This document shows, in pieces, positions 31,600 to 41,814 of a stretch of 64,000 nucleotides of DNA. The position numbers and the translations under genes are program-made. The notes beneath the pieces are model-generated. The model did not search any database. It had not been told where the DNA came from and was given only the letters and a program-made list of their open reading frames with translations. This stretch comes from an uncultured Chloroflexia bacterium (GTDB taxonomy: Bacteria > Chloroflexota > Limnocylindria > Limnocylindrales > CSP1-4): the NCBI GenBank assembly GCA_963713975.1, contig OY970218.1:1472001-1536000 (forward strand), given 5' to 3'. The number at the start of each line of letters is the position of its first letter. Position 1 is the first letter of the stretch.

Positions 31600-32940
31600 A
31601 TGGGCAATGGACCAGGCGACACGCCGAGCCCCCTGGCGTCCGTGACGGGGACCGGGGACGAACGGGAGATCGGCGAAGCCGTCACCGTCGCCCGGCCGGT
31701 GCATCCCTACGTCCACGTCGTGATCGTGGCGGTCATCGGTGCGGTCGCCGTGCTCGCCTGGCTGATCGTGTTCGAGGAGGGCAGCAAGCTCCTCTGGGAG
31801 AACGACTTCGTCACGGCGAACCCGTGGATGTTCCCCGTGATCTGCCTTCCGTTCTCGCTGCTGGTCGGCCTGCTCGTCAAGTACCGCCACGCTCCGACGA
31901 CCCTTGACGAGTCCCTCCTCGACAGCCTCTCGGGCGACCCTTCGAACATCGACTGGCGGGGCCTGCCCGTCAACGTCCTGATGGCCTGGGCGTCGCTGTT
32001 CTCGGGCGCGGTTCTTGGCCCCGAGGGCGGGATCGGCGGCATCTCCTCCAAGATCGCGGCGCTCTACGCCGAACGGGTCGGGATCCCCGCGGAGCAGCGC
32101 TCGCGCCTCGTCTTCTCGACCCTCGCCTCCGCCTACAACGGCCTGGTGGCAAACCCGCTGTTCACAGGCGTGCTGGGCACCGAGCTCGTCAAGGACCCCG
32201 CGGCGAAGAGCCGCAACATGCCTGCCAACCTGATCGGCGGCGCCATCGGCTATTTCATCTTCCTGGCGGCCGGGAGCTATGGCCTGCAGAACTACCTCCA
32301 CCTGGCTCCGCCGCCGGCGTACCAGCCTGGCGACGTCATCCTCGTCGTCATCCTGGGACTCGTCGGGCTCGCCCTGGCCGTCGTCGCCGGGGGGCTGTTC
32401 CGGGTCGCCGCCGCGATCTTCGGACGGCTCGAGGGTCGGGTCGTGGAGCGGGCGCTCCTGGCCGGCCTCGTCTTCAGCGCCGTCGGCATGGTTGCCCCGA
32501 TCCTCCTCTTCTCGGGCGAGACCCAGGTCCAGGAGGTGGCGGCGAACCCGGCCAAGTACGGGCCGGCGATGCTCGTCGCGATGGCGCTCGTGAAGCTGGC
32601 CCTGCTCGCCGTCGCATTCAAGAGCGGGTTCCTTGGCGGACCCACCTTCCCGGCGATTTTTGCCTCGACGTGTGTCGCGCTGGCGATCGGTCTGGTGTTC
32701 CCGGGCATCCCTCCCGACGTGCTCATCGGCGGGATCATGGCCGGCTTCCTGATGGTCCTGTTCAAGGCACCGTTCATGGTCATCCTGCTGACCGCCGTGA
32801 TGCTTCAGGCAACCCCCCAGATGCTCGGTCTCATCGTCCTGGCTGTCGCCGCCGTGATGATCGTGCAGCCATATCTCCAGGCCGCGATCGAGGCACGGCA
32901 GGCATCGCGGTCGGCGCGTGGGGGACCGACACCCGGATAG
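31600..32940 (+). CDS. ClC-family (YfeO-like) anion channel/transporter
   Basis: Motifs GAVLGPEGG, LLFSGE and SGFLGGPTFP. Many TM helices. RBS GGAGG. Confidence 0.8.
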   Translation: MGNGPGDTPSPLASVTGTGDEREIGEAVTVARPVHPYVHVVIVAVIGAVAVLAWLIVFEEGSKLLWENDFVTANPWMFPVICLPFSLLVGLLVKYRHAPTTLDESLLDSLSGDPSNIDWRGLPVNVLMAWASLFSGAVLGPEGGIGGISSKIAALYAERVGIPAEQRSRLVFSTLASAYNGLVANPLFTGVLGTELVKDPAAKSRNMPANLIGGAIGYFIFLAAGSYGLQNYLHLAPPPAYQPGDVILVVILGLVGLALAVVAGGLFRVAAAIFGRLEGRVVERALLAGLVFSAVGMVAPILLFSGETQVQEVAANPAKYGPAMLVAMALVKLALLAVAFKSGFLGGPTFPAIFASTCVALAIGLVFPGIPPDVLIGGIMAGFLMVLFKAPFMVILLTAVMLQATPQMLGLIVLAVAAVMIVQPYLQAAIEARQASRSARGGPTPG

Positions 32941-32976
32941 CGTGGAGTCGCTTCCGGGCCCGGCGACCGGAGCAGG

Positions 32977-35154
32977 TCAGCCTGCGTCGGACGGCGGTGG
33001 CTCGGGTTCTCCGGGCGGCGACGGCGGCAAGGCCTGCAACCCGGTCCCCGGCGCGGACGCCCCCACGGGCTGGCGCGGCATCCCGATGACCTCGAGAACC
33101 GTGCGCCAGGTCGCCGCGACCACGCCGATCAGGGGGACCACGAGGAACATGCCGGCGATGCCCGCAATGGCCGAACCGGCCGGGATCGCAACCAGCACGA
33201 CCGCGGGATGCAGGTGGACCGTCTTCCCATAGACGAGCGGAGAGACGATGTTTCCGGTGACCAGGTTGAACAGGAGCGTCCAGGCGAGCATGACCGCGAC
33301 GTCGGTCGGCGTGCCAACGGCGATCGCGACCAGGAGCGCGAGCCCGGTCGAGATGAAGCCGCCGATATAGGGGATGAAGCACAGGAAGAACGACAGCACG
33401 AAGATCGGGAGCGCGAGCGGGAGGCCCAGGACCACCATGATCGCGAACTGGCTGGCGGCGCCCACCAACGAGATGGCGCCGGTGCCGATCATGTACCCAC
33501 CAAGGACGTCGAATGCGCGGCTGCCGGCGGCATCGATCACGCTCGAAGCCTCAGGTCGGACGCGGGTGAGCAACCGGCTCCACAGGCGCCCACCGTCTTT
33601 CAGGAAATAGAACGCGAGCAGGGCGCTCAGCACGGCGACCAGGAACAGCGAGCCGATCGCGGACGCCATCGCGGCCACGGCCTGGACCATCCCAGCGCCC
33701 GCGCCGGACACCGCCGACTGGAGCAGGCCGAGCGCACCACCGGCGGCATCGTTGACGGCGCTCGCGCCGCTCGTCGTCGACTGCTGGATTCCGTCGGCCT
33801 GCTCGACGAGGACGACCAAGGTGAGAGCGATCAGGGCGGTGATCGCCAGAACGCCACCGCCGACGGCGATCCCAGCGGCCTGGCCCCGGCTCCTGCCGCG
33901 CCGTGTGAGGCCGCGGACCAGCGGGTCCAGGGTGGCCGTCACGATGGTCGCGACGACCACCGGCACGGCGACCAGCGGTACCGTCACCAGCAGGGCCACG
34001 ACGAGCCCGATAAGGCCGAGACCCACAAGCAGGCGCCAGCTCCACTGCGCGACCCGATCCAGCCATGACGGCACCATGGCCGGGAGCTCCGGACGAGGCC
34101 CGGGATCCACGATGGCCACCGTCGCGGTGCCGACGGCCAGCAGCACGGCCGTCACCGGGACCGCGGCGAACAGACCGATGATCCCGGCGAGCTGGAACCC
34201 GGCGGGGAGAACGATGAGCACCAGGGCGGGGTGGATGCTCACGGCTCGCCCATAGACGGCCGGCCGGACGCCGTAGCCGAGGATGGCGTTGCGCACGGCG
34301 ATCAGCAGGATCATCACGATGACCGGGCCCGCGCCCAGGGCCGCATACGTCACCAGCAGGATGATCATCGTGGTGACGATGCCGCCGAAATAGGGGATGT
34401 AGCCGCTGAAGAAGACGAGGACGGCCAGTGGCACCGCGAGCGGGACGCCCAGCACCAGCATGAACACGAGGTCGGTCGCGGCAATGATCGCGGACAGGAT
34501 CGTCGTGCCCCGGAGGTACCCGCCCACGCGCGTCAGCGCGTCGCTGCCGGCCTCGGTGATCCGCTCACGCTTCTGGTCGCTGACTGCCTGGAAGACCCAG
34601 ACCCAGGCCCGATCGCCGTCCTGCAGGAAGAAGAACACCAGGAACGCGGCCAGGATCGACACGGTGACGACGCCCGCGGCCGCGTCGATGATTCCGCTCA
34701 CGATCTCCCCGACGCCTCCCCGGAGCGCATCGAGCGCCCCCTGCATCTGCGCACCGACCGACGGCGGGAGGTTCAGGCCGGCGGCCCACGTCCGGAACGT
34801 TTCGACCCCCGCACTCATCTGGCCCACCAGCGCTTCGGCGTACGGGAGGAACACGAGGGTGAGCAGCAGGATGGCGCCGCTGATGATCGCGAGGGCGACC
34901 GCCCATACGATGGCGGCCGCCGCCGTCCGCGAGCGGCCCTTGGCGCGGAGCCCCAAGGCGAACGGGGCGAACGCGGCGGCGACGACGATGGCGATGGCGA
35001 TGGATGCGGATACCACCCACAGGGTGGACGCCAGCACCCACAGGACGACGAGCAGCACTGCGATGACGACGATGCGCCAGCCCAGGGCAGCGAGGTTGAC
35101 CAGCCAGTCCGGGATGATCGCGGGCACGCGGTTCTGCGCCGCCGGGGCCGTCAC
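32977..35154 (-). CDS. AI-2E (PerM)-family transporter with two tandem domains
   Basis: The motif set FFFLQDG / GGYLRG / YIPYFGG / P.VYG..V.IHPA occurs twice. Confidence 0.9.
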   Translation of the reverse strand: MTAPAAQNRVPAIIPDWLVNLAALGWRIVVIAVLLVVLWVLASTLWVVSASIAIAIVVAAAFAPFALGLRAKGRSRTAAAAIVWAVALAIISGAILLLTLVFLPYAEALVGQMSAGVETFRTWAAGLNLPPSVGAQMQGALDALRGGVGEIVSGIIDAAAGVVTVSILAAFLVFFFLQDGDRAWVWVFQAVSDQKRERITEAGSDALTRVGGYLRGTTILSAIIAATDLVFMLVLGVPLAVPLAVLVFFSGYIPYFGGIVTTMIILLVTYAALGAGPVIVMILLIAVRNAILGYGVRPAVYGRAVSIHPALVLIVLPAGFQLAGIIGLFAAVPVTAVLLAVGTATVAIVDPGPRPELPAMVPSWLDRVAQWSWRLLVGLGLIGLVVALLVTVPLVAVPVVVATIVTATLDPLVRGLTRRGRSRGQAAGIAVGGGVLAITALIALTLVVLVEQADGIQQSTTSGASAVNDAAGGALGLLQSAVSGAGAGMVQAVAAMASAIGSLFLVAVLSALLAFYFLKDGGRLWSRLLTRVRPEASSVIDAAGSRAFDVLGGYMIGTGAISLVGAASQFAIMVVLGLPLALPIFVLSFFLCFIPYIGGFISTGLALLVAIAVGTPTDVAVMLAWTLLFNLVTGNIVSPLVYGKTVHLHPAVVLVAIPAGSAIAGIAGMFLVVPLIGVVAATWRTVLEVIGMPRQPVGASAPGTGLQALPPSPPGEPEPPPSDAG

Positions 35155-35348
35155 CGGCGGGCCTCGATCGTGTCGCAGGGGTGGCGTCCCGCGGCCAGCG
35201 TGCCGTTGCCTGGAATCACCACGTGCGTGCTCTCCTGCCCGTTGACCGACGCCCCAACTCTCCGGGCTCGACGCGCCTCGAGCGGCAACTGTACCCCGAG
35301 GGCGCGACGGGCCCGGGCCAACGCGCGACGGTCACGCTGGGGCGGAGG

Positions 35349-35612
35349 TCAGTCGCCGCTGAACGAGACGGTCTTCATCAGCAGCCGGAGGACGATGGCC
35401 ACGGCGGTGGCGAACAGGGCCGAGACCCAGATGCTCGTGATCCCGTCCACCCCGGCGAACGTCGTCAGCAGCCACCCGGTGAGGAGCGCGGCGATCAGGC
35501 CGATCGCGAGGCTCGGCATCCAGCCCCGGGCCGATCGACCCCCGGCGATGACGCCGGAGATGAGCCCTGCAATGAGGCCGACGACGATCCAACCGACGAA
35601 TGTGAGGTCCAT
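35349..35612 (-). CDS. GlsB/YeaQ/YmgE (transglycosylase-associated) small membrane protein
   Basis: Motif GWIVVGLIAGLISG...G....LAIGLIAAL. 87 aa. Confidence 0.8.
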   Translation of the reverse strand: MDLTFVGWIVVGLIAGLISGVIAGGRSARGWMPSLAIGLIAALLTGWLLTTFAGVDGITSIWVSALFATAVAIVLRLLMKTVSFSGD

Positions 35613-35820
35613 CGGCGGATTATGCATGGTCACAGCCACGACCACGTGCGCGATTTCGCTCGTGCCGCCGCGGGCACCCCAAACGTCGCCCGCCGGTCGC
35701 CACCGCTGCTCTACCATGATCGCCCGCGCAATGCCGTGGCGTGCCGCCAACATGAACCGGACGACGGCCGGTCCGAGCTGGACCTGCTGCGCGGCAGCGG
35801 CCAACACGAAGGGAGACCCG

Positions 35821-38010
35821 ATGCGCCGGGTGATCGAGTTCTACCGGCTCCAGTTCAAGGTCATGCGCGAATGGCAGCCGACCGGTAGCTCGCGGGTCCG
35901 CCGAATCCTCGCGACGCTGATCATCAGCATGGTCTCCATGGCCGGGGCGATCTGGCTGACGCCGGGCTTCGATGCCGTGCCGGGTGCGCCGGTGTTCGGG
36001 ACGCTGCTGCTGGCGGCGCTGGTGCTGGCCCTGCTGAACCTGTTCGTGCGCCCGGTCTTCATCGGCCTGGTCGCCGGGATCTCCGTGATCGCGGTGGCCA
36101 TCGTCACGCTCCTGTTCCAGGTGGTCACGTTCCTGTTGCTGCCGCTGTTCGTCAGCGACCTCGTCGTGAGCGGGATCCTGGCCGCGCTCGTGGCGTCGTT
36201 CATGTACGCCATCGTCACCACCGTCCTGGTGGCGATCTTCTCGGTCAGCGGCGACGACTCCTACTTCTCCCTCCTGATGCAGCAGCTGACCGCCAAGCGC
36301 GAGGGCGTGACGAAGACCGACCAGCCGGGCCTCGTCGTGATCCAGATCGACGGCCTCGCCCAACCGATCCTCGTCCGCCAGATCCGGGCCGGCCGGGTGC
36401 CCCTCCTGTCGAGCTGGGTGCGCTCGGGCCGCTATCGGCTGGGGAGCTGGGAGGCGCTGCTGCCCCCCACCACGCCCGCCAGCCAGGCAGGGATCCTCCA
36501 CGGCAACAACGACGGCATCCCCGCCTTCCGGTGGTACGAGAAGGAACAGGACCGGATCATGGTTGCCAACCATCCGGATGACGCCCTCATCGTGGCCGGC
36601 CGCATCTCGGACGGCGAGGGCCTGCTGTCCAACGATGGAGCGAGCGTCGGCAACCTGTTCTCGGGCGATGCCGCACGGTCCTACATCTCCATGGCGACGA
36701 TCAAGGACAAGAGCCAGGGGCTGGGCAAGAGCCAGTCCTACATGTCCTTCTTTGCCAGCCCGTACAACTATCTCGGCACCATCGTCCGGTTCGGCGCCGA
36801 GATCGGCAAGGAATACCTTCAGGCCCGCCGGCAGGCACGCGCCGGGATCGTCCCCCGGATGCATCGCGGGATGCCCTATCCAGTCGCGCGCGCCGCGACC
36901 AACGTCGCCCTGCGGGACCTTTCGACCTCGCTCGTCGTCGAGGAGATGTACCGCGGCGCCCCGGTGATCTACGTCGACTACACGGACTACGACGAGATCG
37001 CCCATCACAGCGGACCGGAGCGCGGAGAGACCCTCGACGCCCTGGACGGGGTGGATCGCGCGATCGGGGTCCTCGAGAAGGCCTCCCGGACCGCGCCCCG
37101 ACCGTACCGGTTCGTCGTCGTGTCCGACCATGGCCAGACCCTCGGCGCGACCTTCCTCCAGCGCTATGGCGAGACGCTCGGCGACCTGATCCGCAAGCTG
37201 ATGCAGGGTCAGGCGCAGGTCGCGGAGGCCTCCTCGAGCGTCGAGGAGTGGGGCCAGACGAACGCCTTCCTCTCGGAGCTGACGAAGAGCAAGGGAATCT
37301 CGGCCGGCATCGCGCGGGCGGCCCTGGGCTCCCGCACCACGAACGGCGTCGTAGCGCTCGGCTCTGCCGCCGAGGACCAGGCCGCGGCGGCCGCGGCCGC
37401 CGGCGATGCCCCCAAGGAGCGGTTGGACTTGATCGCCATCGCATCCGGCAACCTCGGCCTGGTGTACTTCCCGCAGATGCCCGGACGGGTGACCCTGGAA
37501 CAGCTCGCAGAGGCCCACCCCGGGCTCATCGACACGCTGGCTCGCCACCCGGGCATCGGGGCCATGCTCATCAAGTCCGAGGTGCACGGTTCCGTCGTCA
37601 TCGGCAGCGCGGGTATCAACTACCTCGAGGAGGGGCGCCACGAGGGCGTGGACCCGGTCGCGCAGTACGGCGGCCGCGCGCGCGAGGCGATCCTGCGCCT
37701 CGACGGGATGGACCACGTGCCCGACCTGTCGGTGATCAGCCTCTACGAGGCCGAGTTCGACGAGGTCGCGGCCTTCGAGGAGCTCATCGGCTCCCACGGC
37801 GGGCTCGGTGGACCCCAGACCCAGCCGGTCATCCTGTACCCGGCGGACTGGGAGCTCGACGAGGACCTGGTCGGCGCCCCGGCCGTCTATCGCCAGCTTC
37901 GCCGCTGGGCCGAGCGGCACCTCGACCTGCGGTTCGGCAAGGACGGCACGGCCGCACCGCTCCCGATGCCCGAGCGGGCCCCCGCACCGGACGAGGTGAC
38001 GGCCGCCTAG
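35821..38010 (+). CDS. 4-TM holin-like domain fused to an alkaline-phosphatase-superfamily (type I phosphodiesterase) domain
   Basis: N-terminal AALVLALLNLFVRPV. C-terminal QIDGL, PTTPASQAGILHG, DYDEIAHHSGP, VSDHGQ and GSHGGLGG. RBS GGGAGA. Confidence 0.85.
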   Translation: MRRVIEFYRLQFKVMREWQPTGSSRVRRILATLIISMVSMAGAIWLTPGFDAVPGAPVFGTLLLAALVLALLNLFVRPVFIGLVAGISVIAVAIVTLLFQVVTFLLLPLFVSDLVVSGILAALVASFMYAIVTTVLVAIFSVSGDDSYFSLLMQQLTAKREGVTKTDQPGLVVIQIDGLAQPILVRQIRAGRVPLLSSWVRSGRYRLGSWEALLPPTTPASQAGILHGNNDGIPAFRWYEKEQDRIMVANHPDDALIVAGRISDGEGLLSNDGASVGNLFSGDAARSYISMATIKDKSQGLGKSQSYMSFFASPYNYLGTIVRFGAEIGKEYLQARRQARAGIVPRMHRGMPYPVARAATNVALRDLSTSLVVEEMYRGAPVIYVDYTDYDEIAHHSGPERGETLDALDGVDRAIGVLEKASRTAPRPYRFVVVSDHGQTLGATFLQRYGETLGDLIRKLMQGQAQVAEASSSVEEWGQTNAFLSELTKSKGISAGIARAALGSRTTNGVVALGSAAEDQAAAAAAAGDAPKERLDLIAIASGNLGLVYFPQMPGRVTLEQLAEAHPGLIDTLARHPGIGAMLIKSEVHGSVVIGSAGINYLEEGRHEGVDPVAQYGGRAREAILRLDGMDHVPDLSVISLYEAEFDEVAAFEELIGSHGGLGGPQTQPVILYPADWELDEDLVGAPAVYRQLRRWAERHLDLRFGKDGTAAPLPMPERAPAPDEVTAA

Positions 38011-38021
38011 GAGCGAGGACG

Positions 38022-38954
38022 GTGCTGGAGCCCCGCCCCGCGCAGCCGGGAGTGGACGCCGTCGCCTGCACCACGGAGCAGGCCCAGCTCGGCGAGGGAA
38101 CGCGCTGGGATGCCCGGCGGGATGAGCTGCTGCGGGTGGACATCCTGGCTGGCCGCGTCTTCAGGGATCGGGTGGCGGGGGATGGCGGCCTGCTCCCGGT
38201 CCGCGCCTACCATGTGCCGGGAACGGTGGGGGCGGTCGCGCCCATCGAGGGCGATGAGGGCTGGCTGCTCGCGGCCGGCCGTGGCTTCCTCCACCTTGGT
38301 CCCGACGGCACCCTGCGCACGATTGCGGAGGTCTCCCCGGCCGGCACCCGCATGAACGATGCCGCCGCCGATCCCCAGGGCCGGTTCTGGGCCGGCACGC
38401 TGGCCGATGGCTTCCGGCCCGGCGGCGGCTCGCTGTACCGCCTGGACGGAACGGGCCGGATCGATCGGGTGCTGGAGGGGCTGACCATCTCGAACGGTCT
38501 CGGCTGGAGCCCGGACGGGACCACGATGTACCTGGTCGACAGCGGACCCCGGGAGATCCGGGCCTACGCGTTCGACAGCGAGCGCGGGACCATCTCCGGG
38601 GGCCGAGTCCTCGTCAGGACGTCACCGGAGACGGGCACACCGGACGGGCTGACGGTCGATGCCTCCGGGGACCTCTGGGTGGCCATCCACGGGGGTTTCT
38701 GCGTCCACCGCTACTCCCCGGACGGCACGCTCCTCCGGGTCCTGGGCGTGCCCGCCGAGCAGGTCACGTGCTGCGCGTTCGGCGGGCCCGAGATGTCGCG
38801 CCTCTACGTCACCACGGCCACCGAGGGCTGGGACGACGAGCGGCGTCGCGCCGAGCCCGGTGCGGGGCTCGTGTACCGGCTGCACACCGACGCCGTCGGT
38901 CAGCCAGCTCGCCCGTTCCGCCCGGACCCCGAGTGGTGGTCGAGCCTGGGCTAG
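38022..38954 (+). CDS. SMP-30/gluconolactonase-family protein
   Basis: Motifs LGEG.RWD, RMNDAAADPQGRFWAGT, ISNGLGWSPDG, PDGLTVD and TCCAFGG. Confidence 0.92.
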   Translation: MLEPRPAQPGVDAVACTTEQAQLGEGTRWDARRDELLRVDILAGRVFRDRVAGDGGLLPVRAYHVPGTVGAVAPIEGDEGWLLAAGRGFLHLGPDGTLRTIAEVSPAGTRMNDAAADPQGRFWAGTLADGFRPGGGSLYRLDGTGRIDRVLEGLTISNGLGWSPDGTTMYLVDSGPREIRAYAFDSERGTISGGRVLVRTSPETGTPDGLTVDASGDLWVAIHGGFCVHRYSPDGTLLRVLGVPAEQVTCCAFGGPEMSRLYVTTATEGWDDERRRAEPGAGLVYRLHTDAVGQPARPFRPDPEWWSSLG

Positions 38955-39048
38955 CCGGGCCGAATCGGGTCCTCGGGATACGATGGAGAGGCTACGGACG
39001 ACGCAGCCAGATGCCCCCGATGAACGGAGGGGCAAAGGAGAGCCAGGC

Positions 39049-39534
39049 ATGGCAGACAAGCAGGTAGTCCTCGGGATCTTCCCGGACGAGGCGGCTGCAG
39101 ACGCGGCGGTCGAGTCGCTCAAGGCATGGGACCAGGCGACCGACGCGATCAAGCTCGGTGCCATGGGCGTCCTGGTGGCCGACGAGGCGGGCAAGATCAA
39201 GGAGCACAAGCTCGGCGCGCGGAGCGGCAAGAAGGGCGCCGGCATCGGCCTGGTCCTGGCCGTGTTCGCACCGCCCACGCTGCTCGCCGGGCTCGTCGGC
39301 GGCGGCATCCTCGGGCACTTCTTCCACAAGGGCCTGGGCCTCACGGCCGAGGATCGCGAGCGCATCGGAGCCGAGCTCTCCGGTGGCAAGGCCGCCGTCG
39401 GCGTCCTTGCGGCTGACGAGGAGGCCGGCGCGATCGTCGGCAAGCTCTCCGAGCTGGGCGGGGTCGTCGAGGCCCACGTCGTGAGCGAGGAGGCCCTCGA
39501 GGCCGTCGCCGAGGCCGCGCCGGCCGAGGCTTGA
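39049..39534 (+). CDS. DUF1269-like protein (second paralog)
   Basis: Same layout as 27187-27813: D..G.I.EHK, then a Gly-rich hairpin GAGIG...GLVGGGILG. RBS AAAGGAG. Confidence 0.7.
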   Translation: MADKQVVLGIFPDEAAADAAVESLKAWDQATDAIKLGAMGVLVADEAGKIKEHKLGARSGKKGAGIGLVLAVFAPPTLLAGLVGGGILGHFFHKGLGLTAEDRERIGAELSGGKAAVGVLAADEEAGAIVGKLSELGGVVEAHVVSEEALEAVAEAAPAEA

Positions 39535-39551
39535 TCGAATCGATTGGCGTT

Positions 39552-39585
39552 CGGCCCCGGATCGCATCGCGATCCGGGGCCGTTT
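39552..39585 (+). terminator. Rho-independent terminator-like hairpin
   Basis: CGGCCCCGGATCGC-ATC-GCGATCCGGGGCCG followed by TTT. Confidence 0.7.
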
Positions 39586-39621
39586 GCCGTCACGAGCCCG
39601 CCCAGGGAGGTGCCCGCCGCG

Positions 39622-40302
39622 ATGGCAGAACGGGCCTCGCTCCGTCGTGATCCGTGGCGATGGGTCGGCCTGCTCTGCGTCCTGGCCTTCCTGGTCCTCG
39701 GGATCCTGGTGGTCCGTCATGGCGGCCTCGCGTTCGATGAGCCGCTCGCAGCCGCGATCCAGGGCCTGCGAATCCCCGCCTGGTTCTGGGAGGTCTGCAC
39801 CTTCCTCGGCGGGGTGATCCTGATCCCGATCGGCGTGGCGTTCGTCCTGGGGGCCGCGATCTCGCGCCGGCTGCGCCTCGCCCTGATCGTGGCCGTCGTG
39901 CTGATCACCGCGGCGCTGTTCACCGACCTCGTGAAGGACTACGTGGCTCGCCCTCGCCCGACGGCGGAGCCACTGATTCCGGAGTCCGGGTACAGCTTTC
40001 CGTCCGGCCACACGCTGACCAGCACGGCGACGTACGGGCTCCTGGCGCTCATCGCGTGGCGGAGCCAGCTCTCCCTCCTGGCCCGGCGGGCAGCGGTGGT
40101 GGCCGGAGTCGTGATCCCGCTGATGGTCGGGCTCTCGCGGATCGCCCTTGGCGTCCACTGGCCGACGGACGTGCTGGCGGGCTGGCTCATGGGAACCGCC
40201 TTCGTAGCACTGGCGGCGACGCTCATCTCAGCGGTCGGGGCGATGGAGCGCGACCTGCCGCGGCGCGGGGCCGAGCGGCCGGGCAGGGAGCCATCGGGGT
40301 GA
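39622..40302 (+). CDS. PAP2-family phosphatase
   Basis: Motifs K..VARPRP, YSFPSGH and SRIALGVHWPTDVLAG. Confidence 0.92.
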   Translation: MAERASLRRDPWRWVGLLCVLAFLVLGILVVRHGGLAFDEPLAAAIQGLRIPAWFWEVCTFLGGVILIPIGVAFVLGAAISRRLRLALIVAVVLITAALFTDLVKDYVARPRPTAEPLIPESGYSFPSGHTLTSTATYGLLALIAWRSQLSLLARRAAVVAGVVIPLMVGLSRIALGVHWPTDVLAGWLMGTAFVALAATLISAVGAMERDLPRRGAERPGREPSG

Positions 40303-40348
40303 CAATGGCTGCGGGCGACGGCAGCACCAATTGGAGGTACGCGGGGTC

Positions 40349-40552
40349 ATGGGCAACGAGAACGTTGAGGACACACCGGCGGCACCGCCGCTCACGAACG
40401 AGCAGCGGCTCCGAGCGCTGACGGGCGACCGGAGGCGGAAGTCGGGCGCCAAGGGCAAGACTGCGCAGGGTGATCCGGGCCCGCAGGAGGCGGACATCGT
40501 TGATGCGGTGCGCGAGCGCTCGAGGGACCAGGGCAGGGACACCCCCTTCTGA
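40349..40552 (+). CDS. Small hypothetical hydrophilic protein
   Basis: GGAGG upstream and the ORF fills the intergenic gap. No motif recognised. Confidence 0.45.
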   Translation: MGNENVEDTPAAPPLTNEQRLRALTGDRRRKSGAKGKTAQGDPGPQEADIVDAVRERSRDQGRDTPF

Positions 40553-40593
40553 GTCGCGCCTTCGCAGGGGCAGGTTCTGGCCCTGGATCGCCG

Positions 40594-41814
40594 TCAGGCC
40601 TGTTCCTCGGCCGCACCCGGGCCGAGCGCGCGGTGCACAACCCACTGGATCGTGCCGCCCTGGACGATCAGCGTGAACACCACGATCCCGAAGGTGATCG
40701 CCTGGAGCAGGCTCCGCTGCGGCAGACTCTCGGGAAGCGAGAGCGCGAGCGCAACGGCCACGGCGCCACGCAGTCCTGACCAGAACAGGACGTGGAGCCA
40801 GCCGATCGGGACGCCTCCTCGGGCCTTCCGGAGCAGGCGGGAGGCTCCGCCGAGCATCCCGTAGATCACGATCGCCCGGCCCACGAGCACCGCCACGATC
40901 CCGACCAGGATCGGCAGCGCCGCATCGACCAGGTCGCCCGCCGTGATCGACAGCCCGACGAGCAGGAACACGATCGCCGTCAGCGTGAATGACAGGAACT
41001 CCCAGACGGTGTCGATCGCCTCCTGGGTCCGGGCGCTCATCCCGATCCTGCGGCCGTACGTGCCCAGCGTCATCCCTGCGATCACCGTGGCGATGACGCC
41101 GGACTCGTGGAGCAGGTCAGCGACCACGTACGTCCCGTAGGCGAGCAGCACGGAGATCATGGTCTCGATCAGGTGGTCGTCCACCCGGGCGACGATCCTC
41201 GAGGCGACGAATCCGGCCACCGCGCCGATCAGGACGCTGCCGGCCAGCGTCAGGACGAACGACACGACCGCGTCGCCCACACCCACGGGCTCGCTTGTCG
41301 CCCGCAGGGCGATCGAGAACAGGACGATGGCCGTCCCGTCGTTGAGCAGGCTCTCACCCTCCACGAGCGTGGACAGCCGGCGCGACGTGCCGAGGCGCTT
41401 GAAGGTCGCGATCACCGCGATCGGGTCCGTGGCCGAGACCATCGCCCCGACGACGAACGCGAGGTCGAGGGGAAGACCCGTTACCAGGTGGAGCGCCAGC
41501 GCCACTACCGCCGCCGTGACGAGCACTCCCGGGATGGCGAGCAGCGCGACCCCGCCGAACGTCTTGCGCAGGCTGTCGAGATCGGTCTGGAACGACGCCT
41601 CGAAGACGAGGCCGGGCAGGAGCACCAGGAGGACCAGTTCGGGCGTGACCTCGAACACCCGGCCCGGCAGGAGGTAGGCCACGGCAAGCCCGCACAGAAC
41701 CAGCGCCACCGAGTACGGGACGCCGATCCGACGGGACACGAGCGCGACCAGGACGGCCGCCGCCAGCAGGCCCGTGAACAGCTCGACGGTCAGGACCGCC
41801 GTCTCACCGGTCAT
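40594..41814 (-). CDS. CPA1 Na+/H+ antiporter (NhaP/NhaG-like)
   Basis: Motifs SATDPIAV, EGESLLNDGTAIV and GLRGAVAVALAL. Confidence 0.93.
   Translation of the reverse strand: MTGETAVLTVELFTGLLAAAVLVALVSRRIGVPYSVALVLCGLAVAYLLPGRVFEVTPELVLLVLLPGLVFEASFQTDLDSLRKTFGGVALLAIPGVLVTAAVVALALHLVTGLPLDLAFVVGAMVSATDPIAVIATFKRLGTSRRLSTLVEGESLLNDGTAIVLFSIALRATSEPVGVGDAVVSFVLTLAGSVLIGAVAGFVASRIVARVDDHLIETMISVLLAYGTYVVADLLHESGVIATVIAGMTLGTYGRRIGMSARTQEAIDTVWEFLSFTLTAIVFLLVGLSITAGDLVDAALPILVGIVAVLVGRAIVIYGMLGGASRLLRKARGGVPIGWLHVLFWSGLRGAVAVALALSLPESLPQRSLLQAITFGIVVFTLIVQGGTIQWVVHRALGPGAAEEQA

Noticed and set aside
35200-35345. GCAACTGT resembling a cobalamin riboswitch core
   Set aside because: Other conserved elements are missing and the context is wrong. 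I recognised no B12 riboswitch near the corrinoid genes either.
34231-35820. N-terminal part of the 1259-aa ORF 34231..38010
   Set aside because: It is the antisense shadow of the AI-2E and GlsB genes. The real gene starts at ATG 35821 after GGGAGA.
35821-36260. Prophage lysis cassette suggested by the holin-like domain
   Set aside because: No endolysin or other phage genes, and the domain is fused to a phosphodiesterase.
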